Below, one piece after another: positions 56,324 to 64,000 of a stretch of 64,000 nucleotides of DNA. The stretch is from a virus. The stretch's first letter is position 1. Each line of letters opens with the position of its first letter. The stretch is from the IMG/VR virus record IMGVR_UViG_3300005805_000044, one strand, 5' to 3'. Made by a program: the position numbers and the translations under genes. Under the pieces are notes generated by a model. That model saw only the letters and a list, made by a program, of their open reading frames with translations, was not told where the DNA came from and made no database searches.

Positions 56324-57391
56324 TTACAGAACGAAACTGTTGACTTTACCCCAAGTTTCGTTTAACCATACCATGTAGTTGGGTAGGTTGTTCCACATTT
56401 TATCCTCGTTGATTAATCTACTAAATGCTAGTTTATTAATTTGAGGAATTGGTTTTTGAATAATTTCTTCTATACGAAGTTGCGTGAAAGATTGAATCTG
56501 CGTATTTTTCAATTGCATCAATTCAAAATTTCTCTCCATTGTCAACTTTTCATTCAATACCTTTTCGTATAGTTTGTATTTGCCTTTGTTGTTTTCTGAA
56601 TAATTGTATAGTTCTTGCAATGAAGATTGACGTTCATCAGCAAGAAATGGAAAACACTTGATAATTGTTTTTAATCCAGCACCGTTGATGCCTGGAATGT
56701 TATCACTTTCATCACCTTCCATTGTTCTATAGAATATGAAATTATTACAAGTGATTCCATATTCATCAACAATTTCTTTACATCCAAATATTTTCTTCTT
56801 GGTAGGACTCCAAATCTTAATTTTGTCACTGGCAAGTTGTAGGAAGTCCTTATCAGACGACATAATTGTGACATTACTGTCTTTGAAAGTTTGTTCAGCC
56901 AAATAAGCAATAGTATCATCTGCCTCAATATTATCAATTGCCATCACAGTAATTGGTAATACATCAAGATAATTGATTAATCTCAACAACTCCATCTTGA
57001 GATTCTTTTGTTCAATATCACTATCAGACATTTCTTCGTAGGTTCTATTGAACTTGATACGAGTCTTACGTCCCTTCTTATATTCTGGATAAATCTTACG
57101 TCGTTTTTGACTACCACCATTACCATCAAATACAACAATAACTCTGGTAGGATTTAATAATTTAATGGCATACCCAACACTCTTCAAGAATCCAGCAATG
57201 CCACCAGTGTGCATACCATCATCATTCATAGATGGCACAGCCATAAATGAACGGATAAAAGTATTCAAACCGTCTACAATAAGGATGTCAGAGTTGGTGG
57301 TTTTTTGAAGACCACCAACTCCAACTTCATCCTTTATGTTCTCAAATAAAGAGAACAACTTCTTTTTTTCGTTGGAAGTAAATCCACTCAT
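56324..57391 (-). CDS. rnh: 5'-3' exonuclease / T4 RNase H-like flap nuclease
   Basis: IVDGLN, VFDG, YK.GR, EADD, SSDKDF.QL, GD.SDNIPG..G.G. Confidence 0.92.
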   Translation of the reverse strand: MSGFTSNEKKKLFSLFENIKDEVGVGGLQKTTNSDILIVDGLNTFIRSFMAVPSMNDDGMHTGGIAGFLKSVGYAIKLLNPTRVIVVFDGNGGSQKRRKIYPEYKKGRKTRIKFNRTYEEMSDSDIEQKNLKMELLRLINYLDVLPITVMAIDNIEADDTIAYLAEQTFKDSNVTIMSSDKDFLQLASDKIKIWSPTKKKIFGCKEIVDEYGITCNNFIFYRTMEGDESDNIPGINGAGLKTIIKCFPFLADERQSSLQELYNYSENNKGKYKLYEKVLNEKLTMERNFELMQLKNTQIQSFTQLRIEEIIQKPIPQINKLAFSRLINEDKMWNNLPNYMVWLNETWGKVNSFVL

Positions 57392-57393
57392 GA

Positions 57394-58533
57394 TTATTCT
57401 TCAGCTCCAGCGTCTTCTTCGTCAGTAGCCACTTGAGCATCTTCAACAATCTTGCTATTAGGATCCTTATACTTCATTACAACTGCGTCACAAATCTTCA
57501 AGTAAATTTCTTCCTTGAGTTTTGAATCACTCTGCAATGTAGCAATAAAGTCCTTAGATTGGAACTTCCAGTCGGTGCCATCAACCTTTTGATAAGTATA
57601 ATAAGCACCCGCTTGTTTTACTAGACCATTGTCCTTAAGGACTTTGATCCAACTACTATAGTCTGCAATTCCGCTATCGAAGTAGATATCGAAATTTGCA
57701 GTGCGTTGTGGTGGGCCCATTCTGTTCTTAACAACCACTGCCTTACACTCATTACCGATGATTTCCTCACCTTTCTTGAGCTTGCCAGCATTATTAAGAC
57801 GAACACGAACACTACAATGATAAGCTAGAGCCTTACCACCACTGACTACATACTTGTCTCCAAATGCCATAGCATTTAGATTCTGACGTAGCTGATTGGT
57901 GAAGATTGTGAGAACCTTCTGTTTACCAATCATGTTGGTGATCTTTCTCATAGCCTTACTGATAATGATACTCTTACCAGTTGCATAACCATCCTTACCA
58001 TGTTCACTCTCAAGTTCTGCCTTGGTTGAAGCAGCTGCTACAGAATCAACGATAATAGTAAGAATACGATCCTTATTGCTCTTACGAACAATAGCGATCA
58101 TTTTTTCTATCTGTTCGAAAATATCTTCAACGGTTTCACATTGAACATACAACATCTTCTTGAGATCTACACCCAAACTTGTCCAAAACTCAGGCGACCC
58201 AGCATTTTCCGTATCAATAAGAACTGCCATTCCGCCTTTCTTTTGAGTTTCCGCAACAACATGTGCCGAAATAAGACTCTTACCAGTTCCTTCCAATCCA
58301 TTGAACTCAACCATTCTGCCAACTGGCAAACCACCGTGTGGTCTATTGCTAATCGCGAGATCTAGGATAGAAGACCCTGTGCTAATCCAATCTGTGATAT
58401 CAGTTGGATTGTCTTTTTCATCCAGAGTATATGCAATCTTTCCTCCATCCTTGTTAGCCTTATTAAGCTCGGTTTGGAGTAAATCGATTAGATCATCTCT
58501 GTCTGAATTTTGTGCGTTTGATTTCTTTGCCAT
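57394..58533 (-). CDS. uvsX: RecA/UvsX recombinase
   Basis: STGS..LD, G.EGTGKS, DTE, VDSVAA, TNQLR, GG.AL, KNR. Confidence 0.93.
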   Translation of the reverse strand: MAKKSNAQNSDRDDLIDLLQTELNKANKDGGKIAYTLDEKDNPTDITDWISTGSSILDLAISNRPHGGLPVGRMVEFNGLEGTGKSLISAHVVAETQKKGGMAVLIDTENAGSPEFWTSLGVDLKKMLYVQCETVEDIFEQIEKMIAIVRKSNKDRILTIIVDSVAAASTKAELESEHGKDGYATGKSIIISKAMRKITNMIGKQKVLTIFTNQLRQNLNAMAFGDKYVVSGGKALAYHCSVRVRLNNAGKLKKGEEIIGNECKAVVVKNRMGPPQRTANFDIYFDSGIADYSSWIKVLKDNGLVKQAGAYYTYQKVDGTDWKFQSKDFIATLQSDSKLKEEIYLKICDAVVMKYKDPNSKIVEDAQVATDEEDAGAEE

Positions 58534-58546
58534 AACGTGTATAACT

Positions 58547-58579
58547 AGAAAACCGGTGGCGTATAAAAACCGCCACCGG
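58547..58579 (-). terminator. Rho-independent terminator after gp32
   Basis: CCGGTGGCG/CGCCACCGG 9-bp GC stem followed by TTTTCT on minus strand. Confidence 0.75.
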
Positions 58580-58593
58580 CTTAATTTAATTTT

Positions 58594-59499
58594 TTAGGAG
58601 TTGAACAAATCGTCAAACGCCTTTTCGACATCATTCTTTGGAGCAGCTGCCTTCTTGGCTGTTGGAGAAACAACAGTCTTAGTTGGGGCAACAGGCTTTG
58701 ATGGTGCCGGAGCTGATGTCGGAGCTGGTGCCGCTTTCTTAACTTCGGCAACAATCTTTGCATCAAAAGGTGCATCATCCGTCACAGCGGTTTCCTCTTC
58801 GGAAACAACTGGAGTTTCAACTTCACCTTCCGTCTCTGGATTCAACCACTTATCCATCACATCCTTGAGTTCATCGTAAGACAACTCTGGGAATAGATCA
58901 AGAATATTGGTCTGATTCTTAAGAGACTCAATCAACTGAGCATTCTTAGGGTCAACTGCTGGTGTGACACTTGGCTTCACACGAACAGTGGTTTCAGGAA
59001 AACTCTTTCCAGATTCTTCAGCTGTCTTGAATTCAACAGTAATATCACGACCATTGGCGAGGTCAGTAATATCACCATATTCTGCGTCCAAACAAACTGA
59101 GACGAGTTCTTGATAAACAGTCTTACCGAAACCCCAGAACTTCACACCTTCATTCTCTTCACCACGAACGATGACTGGAGCGAATGTGCGCATCTTGGGT
59201 TCCATCTTACGACCCATCTGCCAATCTTCCTTGGAACCAGTCTTCTTCAAACGATTAGCAAATTCCACGATAGGATCTGGACGACCAAAACTATCTGGTG
59301 AAAGATAAGTCTTGCCGTTGATATTATAATGGAACTTGAGTTCGATGAAAGGGTTCTCAGGATTGAACTTGTAGGGAACAATACGAACCACTTGTTTTCC
59401 AGGCTTGGGTTTCCAAAGAAGATCGTTTTTCTTGTTATTGGAACCTTGGTTTGAAAGGGAGTTCAAACGACTCTTTAGCTGCGATATATTTAACGCCAT
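58594..59499 (-). CDS. gp32: Single-stranded DNA-binding protein (gp32-like)
   Basis: VRIVP, FHY, DPI.E, VKFWGFGK.VY, DITD..GRD, acidic C-terminus FDDLF. Confidence 0.88.
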   Translation of the reverse strand: MALNISQLKSRLNSLSNQGSNNKKNDLLWKPKPGKQVVRIVPYKFNPENPFIELKFHYNINGKTYLSPDSFGRPDPIVEFANRLKKTGSKEDWQMGRKMEPKMRTFAPVIVRGEENEGVKFWGFGKTVYQELVSVCLDAEYGDITDLANGRDITVEFKTAEESGKSFPETTVRVKPSVTPAVDPKNAQLIESLKNQTNILDLFPELSYDELKDVMDKWLNPETEGEVETPVVSEEETAVTDDAPFDAKIVAEVKKAAPAPTSAPAPSKPVAPTKTVVSPTAKKAAAPKNDVEKAFDDLFNS

Positions 59500-59568
59500 A
59501 ATTAGTTTAATTAGTTAATTAGTTTAATTGGTTAATTAGTTAAATGTCTTAATTCACTTAAATTAAGA
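59500..59568 (-). repeat. Five tandem (A)AACTAATT repeats plus 8-bp hairpin in gp32 leader (putative translational operator)
   Basis: Repeats 59500-59541 abut the ATG. TCTTAATT/AATTAAGA stem at 59547-59568. Confidence 0.7.
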
Positions 59569-59592
59569 TTCTTAACGAATCACCATGACGAC

Positions 59593-59631
59593 ACTCTACA
59601 CCATGTATAGAAGACCGTCAAGGTATAAATA
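59593..59631 (-). promoter_or_regulatory. Tandem TATTTATA box and sigma70-type promoter for gp32
   Basis: TATTTATA at 59624-59631 and TTGACG-17-TAGAGT at 59593-59621. Confidence 0.5.
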
Positions 59632-59635
59632 CATA

Positions 59636-60031
59636 TCACCACGAAAGTATAGAAAACAGCTTTAGTTGGACAATTTTAACGCCCGGATCAGATATAAGAA
59701 TAATACAATTTTTATATAAATCCCAGTTAAGTTGAAATGTTTTATCAAACACACCTTCATTTTCATCTACAATCAAACGATTCATAGCATTAAGTGTATA
59801 AAGCGTATTGGTTTGTTTTTTCCTATGAACACTAATTGTATTGGGGTATTTAACTTTAGAATTAGGATCTTTGACTACATTAAAAGTCAAATATATTTCT
59901 CTTAAATTTTTCTCATTAGTAAACACAAATATTTTGTTGTCAATTAGATCGTAGGTATTTTTAATTTCTTCTACGACTGACAAATACTTTGTGCTATCAG
60001 AAAATGTGCAAAGTAATTGTTTTTGTATCAT
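59636..60031 (-). CDS. Conserved-looking hypothetical protein
   Basis: QLLCTF, TFNV, HRKKQTNTLYTLNAMN. ATG 60031 overlaps upstream stop. Confidence 0.65.
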   Translation of the reverse strand: MIQKQLLCTFSDSTKYLSVVEEIKNTYDLIDNKIFVFTNEKNLREIYLTFNVVKDPNSKVKYPNTISVHRKKQTNTLYTLNAMNRLIVDENEGVFDKTFQLNWDLYKNCIILISDPGVKIVQLKLFSILSW

Positions 60032-61902
60032 GTCGATGTTGGTTCTACTGGCATAACATCTGGCGTAGATTGTGTTGGCATTTCCCAAGTCCAAGCTCCA
60101 TCTGCTTCTCCTTGTATACCCAATATTTCAGTAAATTTCATCCATCCTTCTTGTATAATTGATTTCATGTATCTTCCAAGCTTTAGTATATCTTCATAGA
60201 TACTTTGTAACCCTGCTTTTACTGATTCCCACGCCTTGGTAAAAAATTCTTTTGCTTTTCCAGTCAAAGATTGAATGTCCTTCCATACATCACCAAAGTA
60301 ATTTGAAATGTATGTTCCTGCAGACTTGATCGTGTCCATCAATCCTTCATCAAGTTGAATTTCTTCTAATTTGATATCACCACGAATAGAAATTCCACGA
60401 ACGCCTCCACGATTTGAAAATCTAAACTTGATGTTATTGTCATTATCTTTTATAAACTTGGTGACGGTATAGATGTGATAATTACCAGAACAATCCCAAG
60501 TCATCATATGATCGGCAATACAATCTGCTCTAAAATTTGCTTTTCCTTGTGCAAATCGACGTTTTCCAGTTGCCAACTCTTCAATCAACATATAACGACG
60601 TTCTGGATTAACGAAAACACTGTTCAATGTTTCTAGTGTCTTGGTCATATCAATTGGTATTTGACCTTTTTTAACGAAACTCTTGTTTTGTTTAATAATA
60701 TTTTCTACATTTTGAATATCATCTTTGATGTCTTCCACTGAAGCGCCACGTATTACTGCTGTCAATGACTTATGAAGTTGTTCTTTGACAGAATCTTGAA
60801 GTCCAACATAAAACTTCTTCTCAATACCATTCAATATAAATGATGATACTTGTTCCATTAATACTTTATCTTCACCAGAATCTTCTAATATTGCTGATAC
60901 CACAGAGTTTACTTCAGCATTTTGAGCACTACAAATTTGAGCACCAGTGGCTTTCAAACTGGCTCTCATTCTTTTCTTTCCACCAAAAATCAAATCGGTC
61001 TTGGATGTGCTATTCAATTGTGTAAATAACGGATTTGTAATTGGACATGTTTTGTCACCCAACGCGTCACATGTTTTGATACCATCAATTTTACTCAATT
61101 TAGCAGCAATTAAAGCAGCAGTCTTATCGCCGGATGGTCTGTTATTTAATTCATCTGCAATGTAAAACTCCATCTTTTGAGCATTACATGATGACTTTTC
61201 AGAAATGATTACTGGACCTGCAGACTCTTTGTATACTTGTTCACCAATTAATTTTCCGTCTAACTTATACCAATTGAATCCATTTTTTACAAACCCACAT
61301 TTGATTGCTTCTTCAATTGTATATTCATCTTTATCACATTCATTACATCCACAATCTTCACATTCGTCTATTTGTTGATTAATTAGTGGAGCGTCATTTA
61401 AGATAGCATTTACAGCAACGGCATCTTGTGACTTTTCTTTTGATGTTCTATCGTCTTTTTTGTCATCACCGGTGATCTTTTTATCTAGTTCTTGATCAAG
61501 AGATACTGTGTCAGATTTGTCTGAGTCTTGTTTTTCTTCCTCAGAATCGGTCTTTTCAATATCAGCGGTTGAGAGTCCGCCTGCATCAGTAGGCGAGAAT
61601 AATGTTCCAACGTTCTTTTTAGGATTTTCCGCAAAATGTGTTCCTTTATCAACTGCTCTATCACGATATTCTTTACTAGGAAATGTAACTAAAATACCGT
61701 CTTTATTGTATGCTTGACGTTCTGGGAATTTGCCCGCCTCAAACAATTTAGCCGTATTGTTTACAATTGTTTCTAAACTAAACCCCGCTTTTTCTAGATA
61801 TTCTTGTAAAACAAATACGTGTTCAGGCACTTCTAGCCTCAACACGCCATCTTTTATACGACTGTCACAACAAACATCGTTTATAATTGAGTTGAATTTC
61901 AT
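60028..61902 (-). CDS. Large hypothetical protein with PD-(D/E)xK-like segment
   Basis: 624 aa, acidic linker, E...SKTDL...RASLK..GAQ motif, TATTTATA box 4 nt upstream. Confidence 0.6.
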   Translation of the reverse strand: MKFNSIINDVCCDSRIKDGVLRLEVPEHVFVLQEYLEKAGFSLETIVNNTAKLFEAGKFPERQAYNKDGILVTFPSKEYRDRAVDKGTHFAENPKKNVGTLFSPTDAGGLSTADIEKTDSEEEKQDSDKSDTVSLDQELDKKITGDDKKDDRTSKEKSQDAVAVNAILNDAPLINQQIDECEDCGCNECDKDEYTIEEAIKCGFVKNGFNWYKLDGKLIGEQVYKESAGPVIISEKSSCNAQKMEFYIADELNNRPSGDKTAALIAAKLSKIDGIKTCDALGDKTCPITNPLFTQLNSTSKTDLIFGGKKRMRASLKATGAQICSAQNAEVNSVVSAILEDSGEDKVLMEQVSSFILNGIEKKFYVGLQDSVKEQLHKSLTAVIRGASVEDIKDDIQNVENIIKQNKSFVKKGQIPIDMTKTLETLNSVFVNPERRYMLIEELATGKRRFAQGKANFRADCIADHMMTWDCSGNYHIYTVTKFIKDNDNNIKFRFSNRGGVRGISIRGDIKLEEIQLDEGLMDTIKSAGTYISNYFGDVWKDIQSLTGKAKEFFTKAWESVKAGLQSIYEDILKLGRYMKSIIQEGWMKFTEILGIQGEADGAWTWEMPTQSTPDVMPVEPTST

Positions 61903-61906
61903 CAAT

Positions 61907-61914
61907 TATAAATA
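61907..61914 (-). promoter_or_regulatory. TATTTATA box (putative late promoter)
   Basis: 4 nt before ATG 61902, in a 15-bp intergenic gap. Confidence 0.55.
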
Positions 61915-61917
61915 TGT

Positions 61918-63270
61918 TTAAATTGTCACTAATTCCATTTCATTGTAATTATTTCCTTCGTAGACCTTGACTTTGAACCGTTTATTTCTAATAATATCTA
62001 CAACATCCTTGATTTCCTCGGGTTTGACATTTTCACCAACGTCAAACAAAATACTGTCATAAATATACAAAATAGGAATTATGTCTTTTCCTCTAACATA
62101 TTTGTTCACGTTACCCAAACTGTTAAGTCCATATTCAGTCTCAGTTGCTTGAATTATATAAGCAAATAACTTATTTTTGTTAGGATCGATGATATGATGA
62201 CTACTAATCTTTCTTTTGTAAATTGGAGTCTTTACATATCCTTTAGTAGTAAACTCCTCCCAATATTTGTTCTTGAGTTCATCCACTTTTTGAAAGTATG
62301 GAATATGTAAATGTTTGTCACCTATCTGACCATACAAATTGACCATCGTCTGTTTTTTAGACTTACCCAATGTTTCTGCATCAACGGTGTTAATATTATA
62401 ATACTGTTTTGCCAAATGTTCATAAATAGTCTCATTCTCTGGAACTTGGTATTGTATGAGTTGTGCCACCAGATATGGATGAAACCCAGTAAAGTCTACC
62501 ATCAACAATTTACCAGTTGCAAATCGTGATGTAAAACTTGTTCTACAACCATCTTCTTTGTTTAGAGCAACATAATTGACCGAATCAAACTTGTTGCTTG
62601 GTCTACCAGTCGGATTGTAAATATAATACTCACTATATACAGTATCATCGCTACCATTATGTTCACCACTCACAACTTTTGCATTGGAAAAGTATGATTG
62701 AAACACTGGTTTGTTTACATGAAGGCCATTGCGTTCCACCTCAAACAATGTGTCAGTCACAATATTATTAAAAAACTTGAAACAATACGATTCTACATTT
62801 TCGTCTTCATAACCGTCTACAATGTCTACCTCCGCATCAAATTCATTTTGGTGAACAACATACGGAATCACAATGTTGATATGATTCATGTTGTGATGAA
62901 CCATTTGTAGTTGAGTTGTATAAGAATGAACTGGCATTTCAACCACATTACCATCCTTGAGAAAACTAAACAAATTTACATCATACAAATCCACATTTGG
63001 AATATGATACTTGTATCGTTTCTTATTGTTAACATAAACCTTCTTATTGACCAACAGTTTCTTGAACTCTCGTAGTGAAGAATTTACAACAACATCTGGA
63101 TGATTAAAGTTATAGTAGTGTGACTGTTTTGTATCAAATTCATACACAAACGCTGCAATCACCTTGTCTTGAGATGGATGTAGGTGATTGTCTCGAAATA
63201 CAAACTTGAGATAAATTTTTTGATACTGTGTCACAGCTTGTAGTATATACCACAAGTTCAGTATGTCCAA
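61918..63270 (-). CDS. Reduced family A DNA polymerase-like protein
   Basis: E.NG, TGRPSN, motif A VDFTGFHP, motif B K...LYG, YIIQA.E, motif C YIYDS. Start uncertain. Confidence 0.75.
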   Translation of the reverse strand: MDILNLWYILQAVTQYQKIYLKFVFRDNHLHPSQDKVIAAFVYEFDTKQSHYYNFNHPDVVVNSSLREFKKLLVNKKVYVNNKKRYKYHIPNVDLYDVNLFSFLKDGNVVEMPVHSYTTQLQMVHHNMNHINIVIPYVVHQNEFDAEVDIVDGYEDENVESYCFKFFNNIVTDTLFEVERNGLHVNKPVFQSYFSNAKVVSGEHNGSDDTVYSEYYIYNPTGRPSNKFDSVNYVALNKEDGCRTSFTSRFATGKLLMVDFTGFHPYLVAQLIQYQVPENETIYEHLAKQYYNINTVDAETLGKSKKQTMVNLYGQIGDKHLHIPYFQKVDELKNKYWEEFTTKGYVKTPIYKRKISSHHIIDPNKNKLFAYIIQATETEYGLNSLGNVNKYVRGKDIIPILYIYDSILFDVGENVKPEEIKDVVDIIRNKRFKVKVYEGNNYNEMELVTI

Positions 63271-63276
63271 CTTATT

Positions 63277-63663
63277 TTAATAACCTTGCCAAAATTGAAG
63301 GGGGTTATTCAACACCGTTTCTATTCCAGGCAATACAGACTTTGCTTTGTTGATTTGTATAAGATTATATTCTTGAACACCTGCTTCCATCAACATTTTA
63401 CCTTGATATAAATTATTTTTTCTGCCACTTATTTGCCAATCAACTTTTGTTTTGAGAAAAAACTTAATATTAATAGCATTATAATCTCTAGCACATGTTT
63501 CTATAATTTGACGTTGATTAATTCGTCCAACAAAATATCTAGTAATAAACCCATATTGATAATCATTCTTGGATGGTGTAGGTAAATAGGTGCTTGGATA
63601 TGTCATTTCGTAATCTGACAATCCTAATTTAGCCACCAATTCTGGATCTGCGTCTTGAATCAT
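63277..63663 (-). CDS. Hypothetical protein
   Basis: P.P...DY..G..TRYF, W.ISG, NPLQF. Coupled to upstream gene. Confidence 0.6.
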   Translation of the reverse strand: MIQDADPELVAKLGLSDYEMTYPSTYLPTPSKNDYQYGFITRYFVGRINQRQIIETCARDYNAINIKFFLKTKVDWQISGRKNNLYQGKMLMEAGVQEYNLIQINKAKSVLPGIETVLNNPLQFWQGY

Positions 63664-64000
63664 ACCAATATATATTTGTAATCTTGATCAGGAGCACATC
63701 TCAACATTGCCGTAACTACAGTTTCCCACTTACCGGCGTTTAATTGATGGTCAACTTCATTAATCATAAATATAACGTTGCCTGGAACATATGGTTTTGG
63801 TAAGTTTGCTATAGCAATGTGTTGAAACATTCTAAATCCAAATATACCGTCAAATGTCAAAGTTAATGTAAAGTTGTCTGCTGGTCCTGAGTATTTGCCC
63901 GAGTTATTGATTGTGTCTCCATCATCCAACATCTCTCTTAATTTACCTTTTAGTGTGCTTGGTAAATTCAAATATACCCATCCTAATTTTATATCTCCAC
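63660..64000 (-). CDS. C-terminus of probable baseplate hub/tail protein (partial)
   Basis: Frame open to window end. LTLTFDGI.G, F.I.EVDH, WET pattern of hub/VgrG-type barrels. Confidence 0.45.
   Translation of the reverse strand, partial: GDIKLGWVYLNLPSTLKGKLREMLDDGDTINNSGKYSGPADNFTLTLTFDGIFGFRMFQHIAIANLPKPYVPGNVIFMINEVDHQLNAGKWETVVTAMLRCAPDQDYKYILV

Noticed and set aside
59500-59541. CRISPR array or simple microsatellite
   Set aside because: Units are 8-9 nt with no spacers. The position abutting the gp32 ATG favours a translational operator.
59541-59568. H-type pseudoknot (loop UAAGUG pairing with downstream CAUUUA)
   Set aside because: The complement follows the stem with no linker, so it is sterically implausible as drawn.
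1-64000. Alternative genetic code (stop-codon reassignment) as in some jumbo phages
   Set aside because: Core genes are full length under code 11, and TAA, TGA and TAG (e.g. 17557-17559, 18334-18336) all end genes at sensible positions.
1-64000. Bacterial chromosome capsule locus or eukaryotic giant virus origin
   Set aside because: The T4-like gp32/UvsX/gp41/gp43/gp44/gp45 set, overlapping operons and sigma70 promoters indicate a tailed phage. No export genes, housekeeping genes or NCLDV markers were seen.
1-64000. tRNA or rRNA genes
   Set aside because: Intergenic gaps are short and none shows a cloverleaf or T-loop consensus by eye. tRNAscan-SE would confirm.

Overview
AT-rich, gene-dense segment of a large T4-like (jumbo-type) dsDNA phage genome in the standard genetic code. 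The core replication and nucleotide genes are family-B DNA polymerase (gp43), sliding clamp (gp45), clamp loaders (gp44, gp62-like), helicase (gp41), 5'-3' exonuclease/RNase H, UvsX, gp32 SSB, NrdA/NrdB, dUTPase, a dNMP kinase-like protein, UvsE, a Cas4-like nuclease, a MoxR AAA+/vWA pair and a second, reduced family-A polymerase-like protein. About half the window is a glycosylation arsenal with roughly 20 glycosyltransferase-like ORFs in tandem paralogous families, two methyltransferases and a truncated UDP-sugar dehydrogenase. The standout is a form-IV RuBisCO-like protein with a non-canonical active site. It heads an operon (BcbE-like nucleotidyltransferase, cupin, methyltransferase) inserted between gp43 and gp45. 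Two more BcbE-like nucleotidyltransferases, a HAD phosphatase and a mini-phosphodiesterase lie nearby. Together they form a candidate undescribed phage pathway for making an unusual nucleotide-activated (ketose- or branched-type) sugar. Non-coding signals include a recurrent TAT(T/A)TAT box a few nt before start codons (putative late promoter, near-leaderless transcripts), sigma70-type promoters, two terminators and a tandem-repeat leader on gp32 resembling the T4 gene 32 translational operator. No tRNA, rRNA, CRISPR array, intein or transposase was seen. All family assignments are by-eye motif recognition, not database searches.
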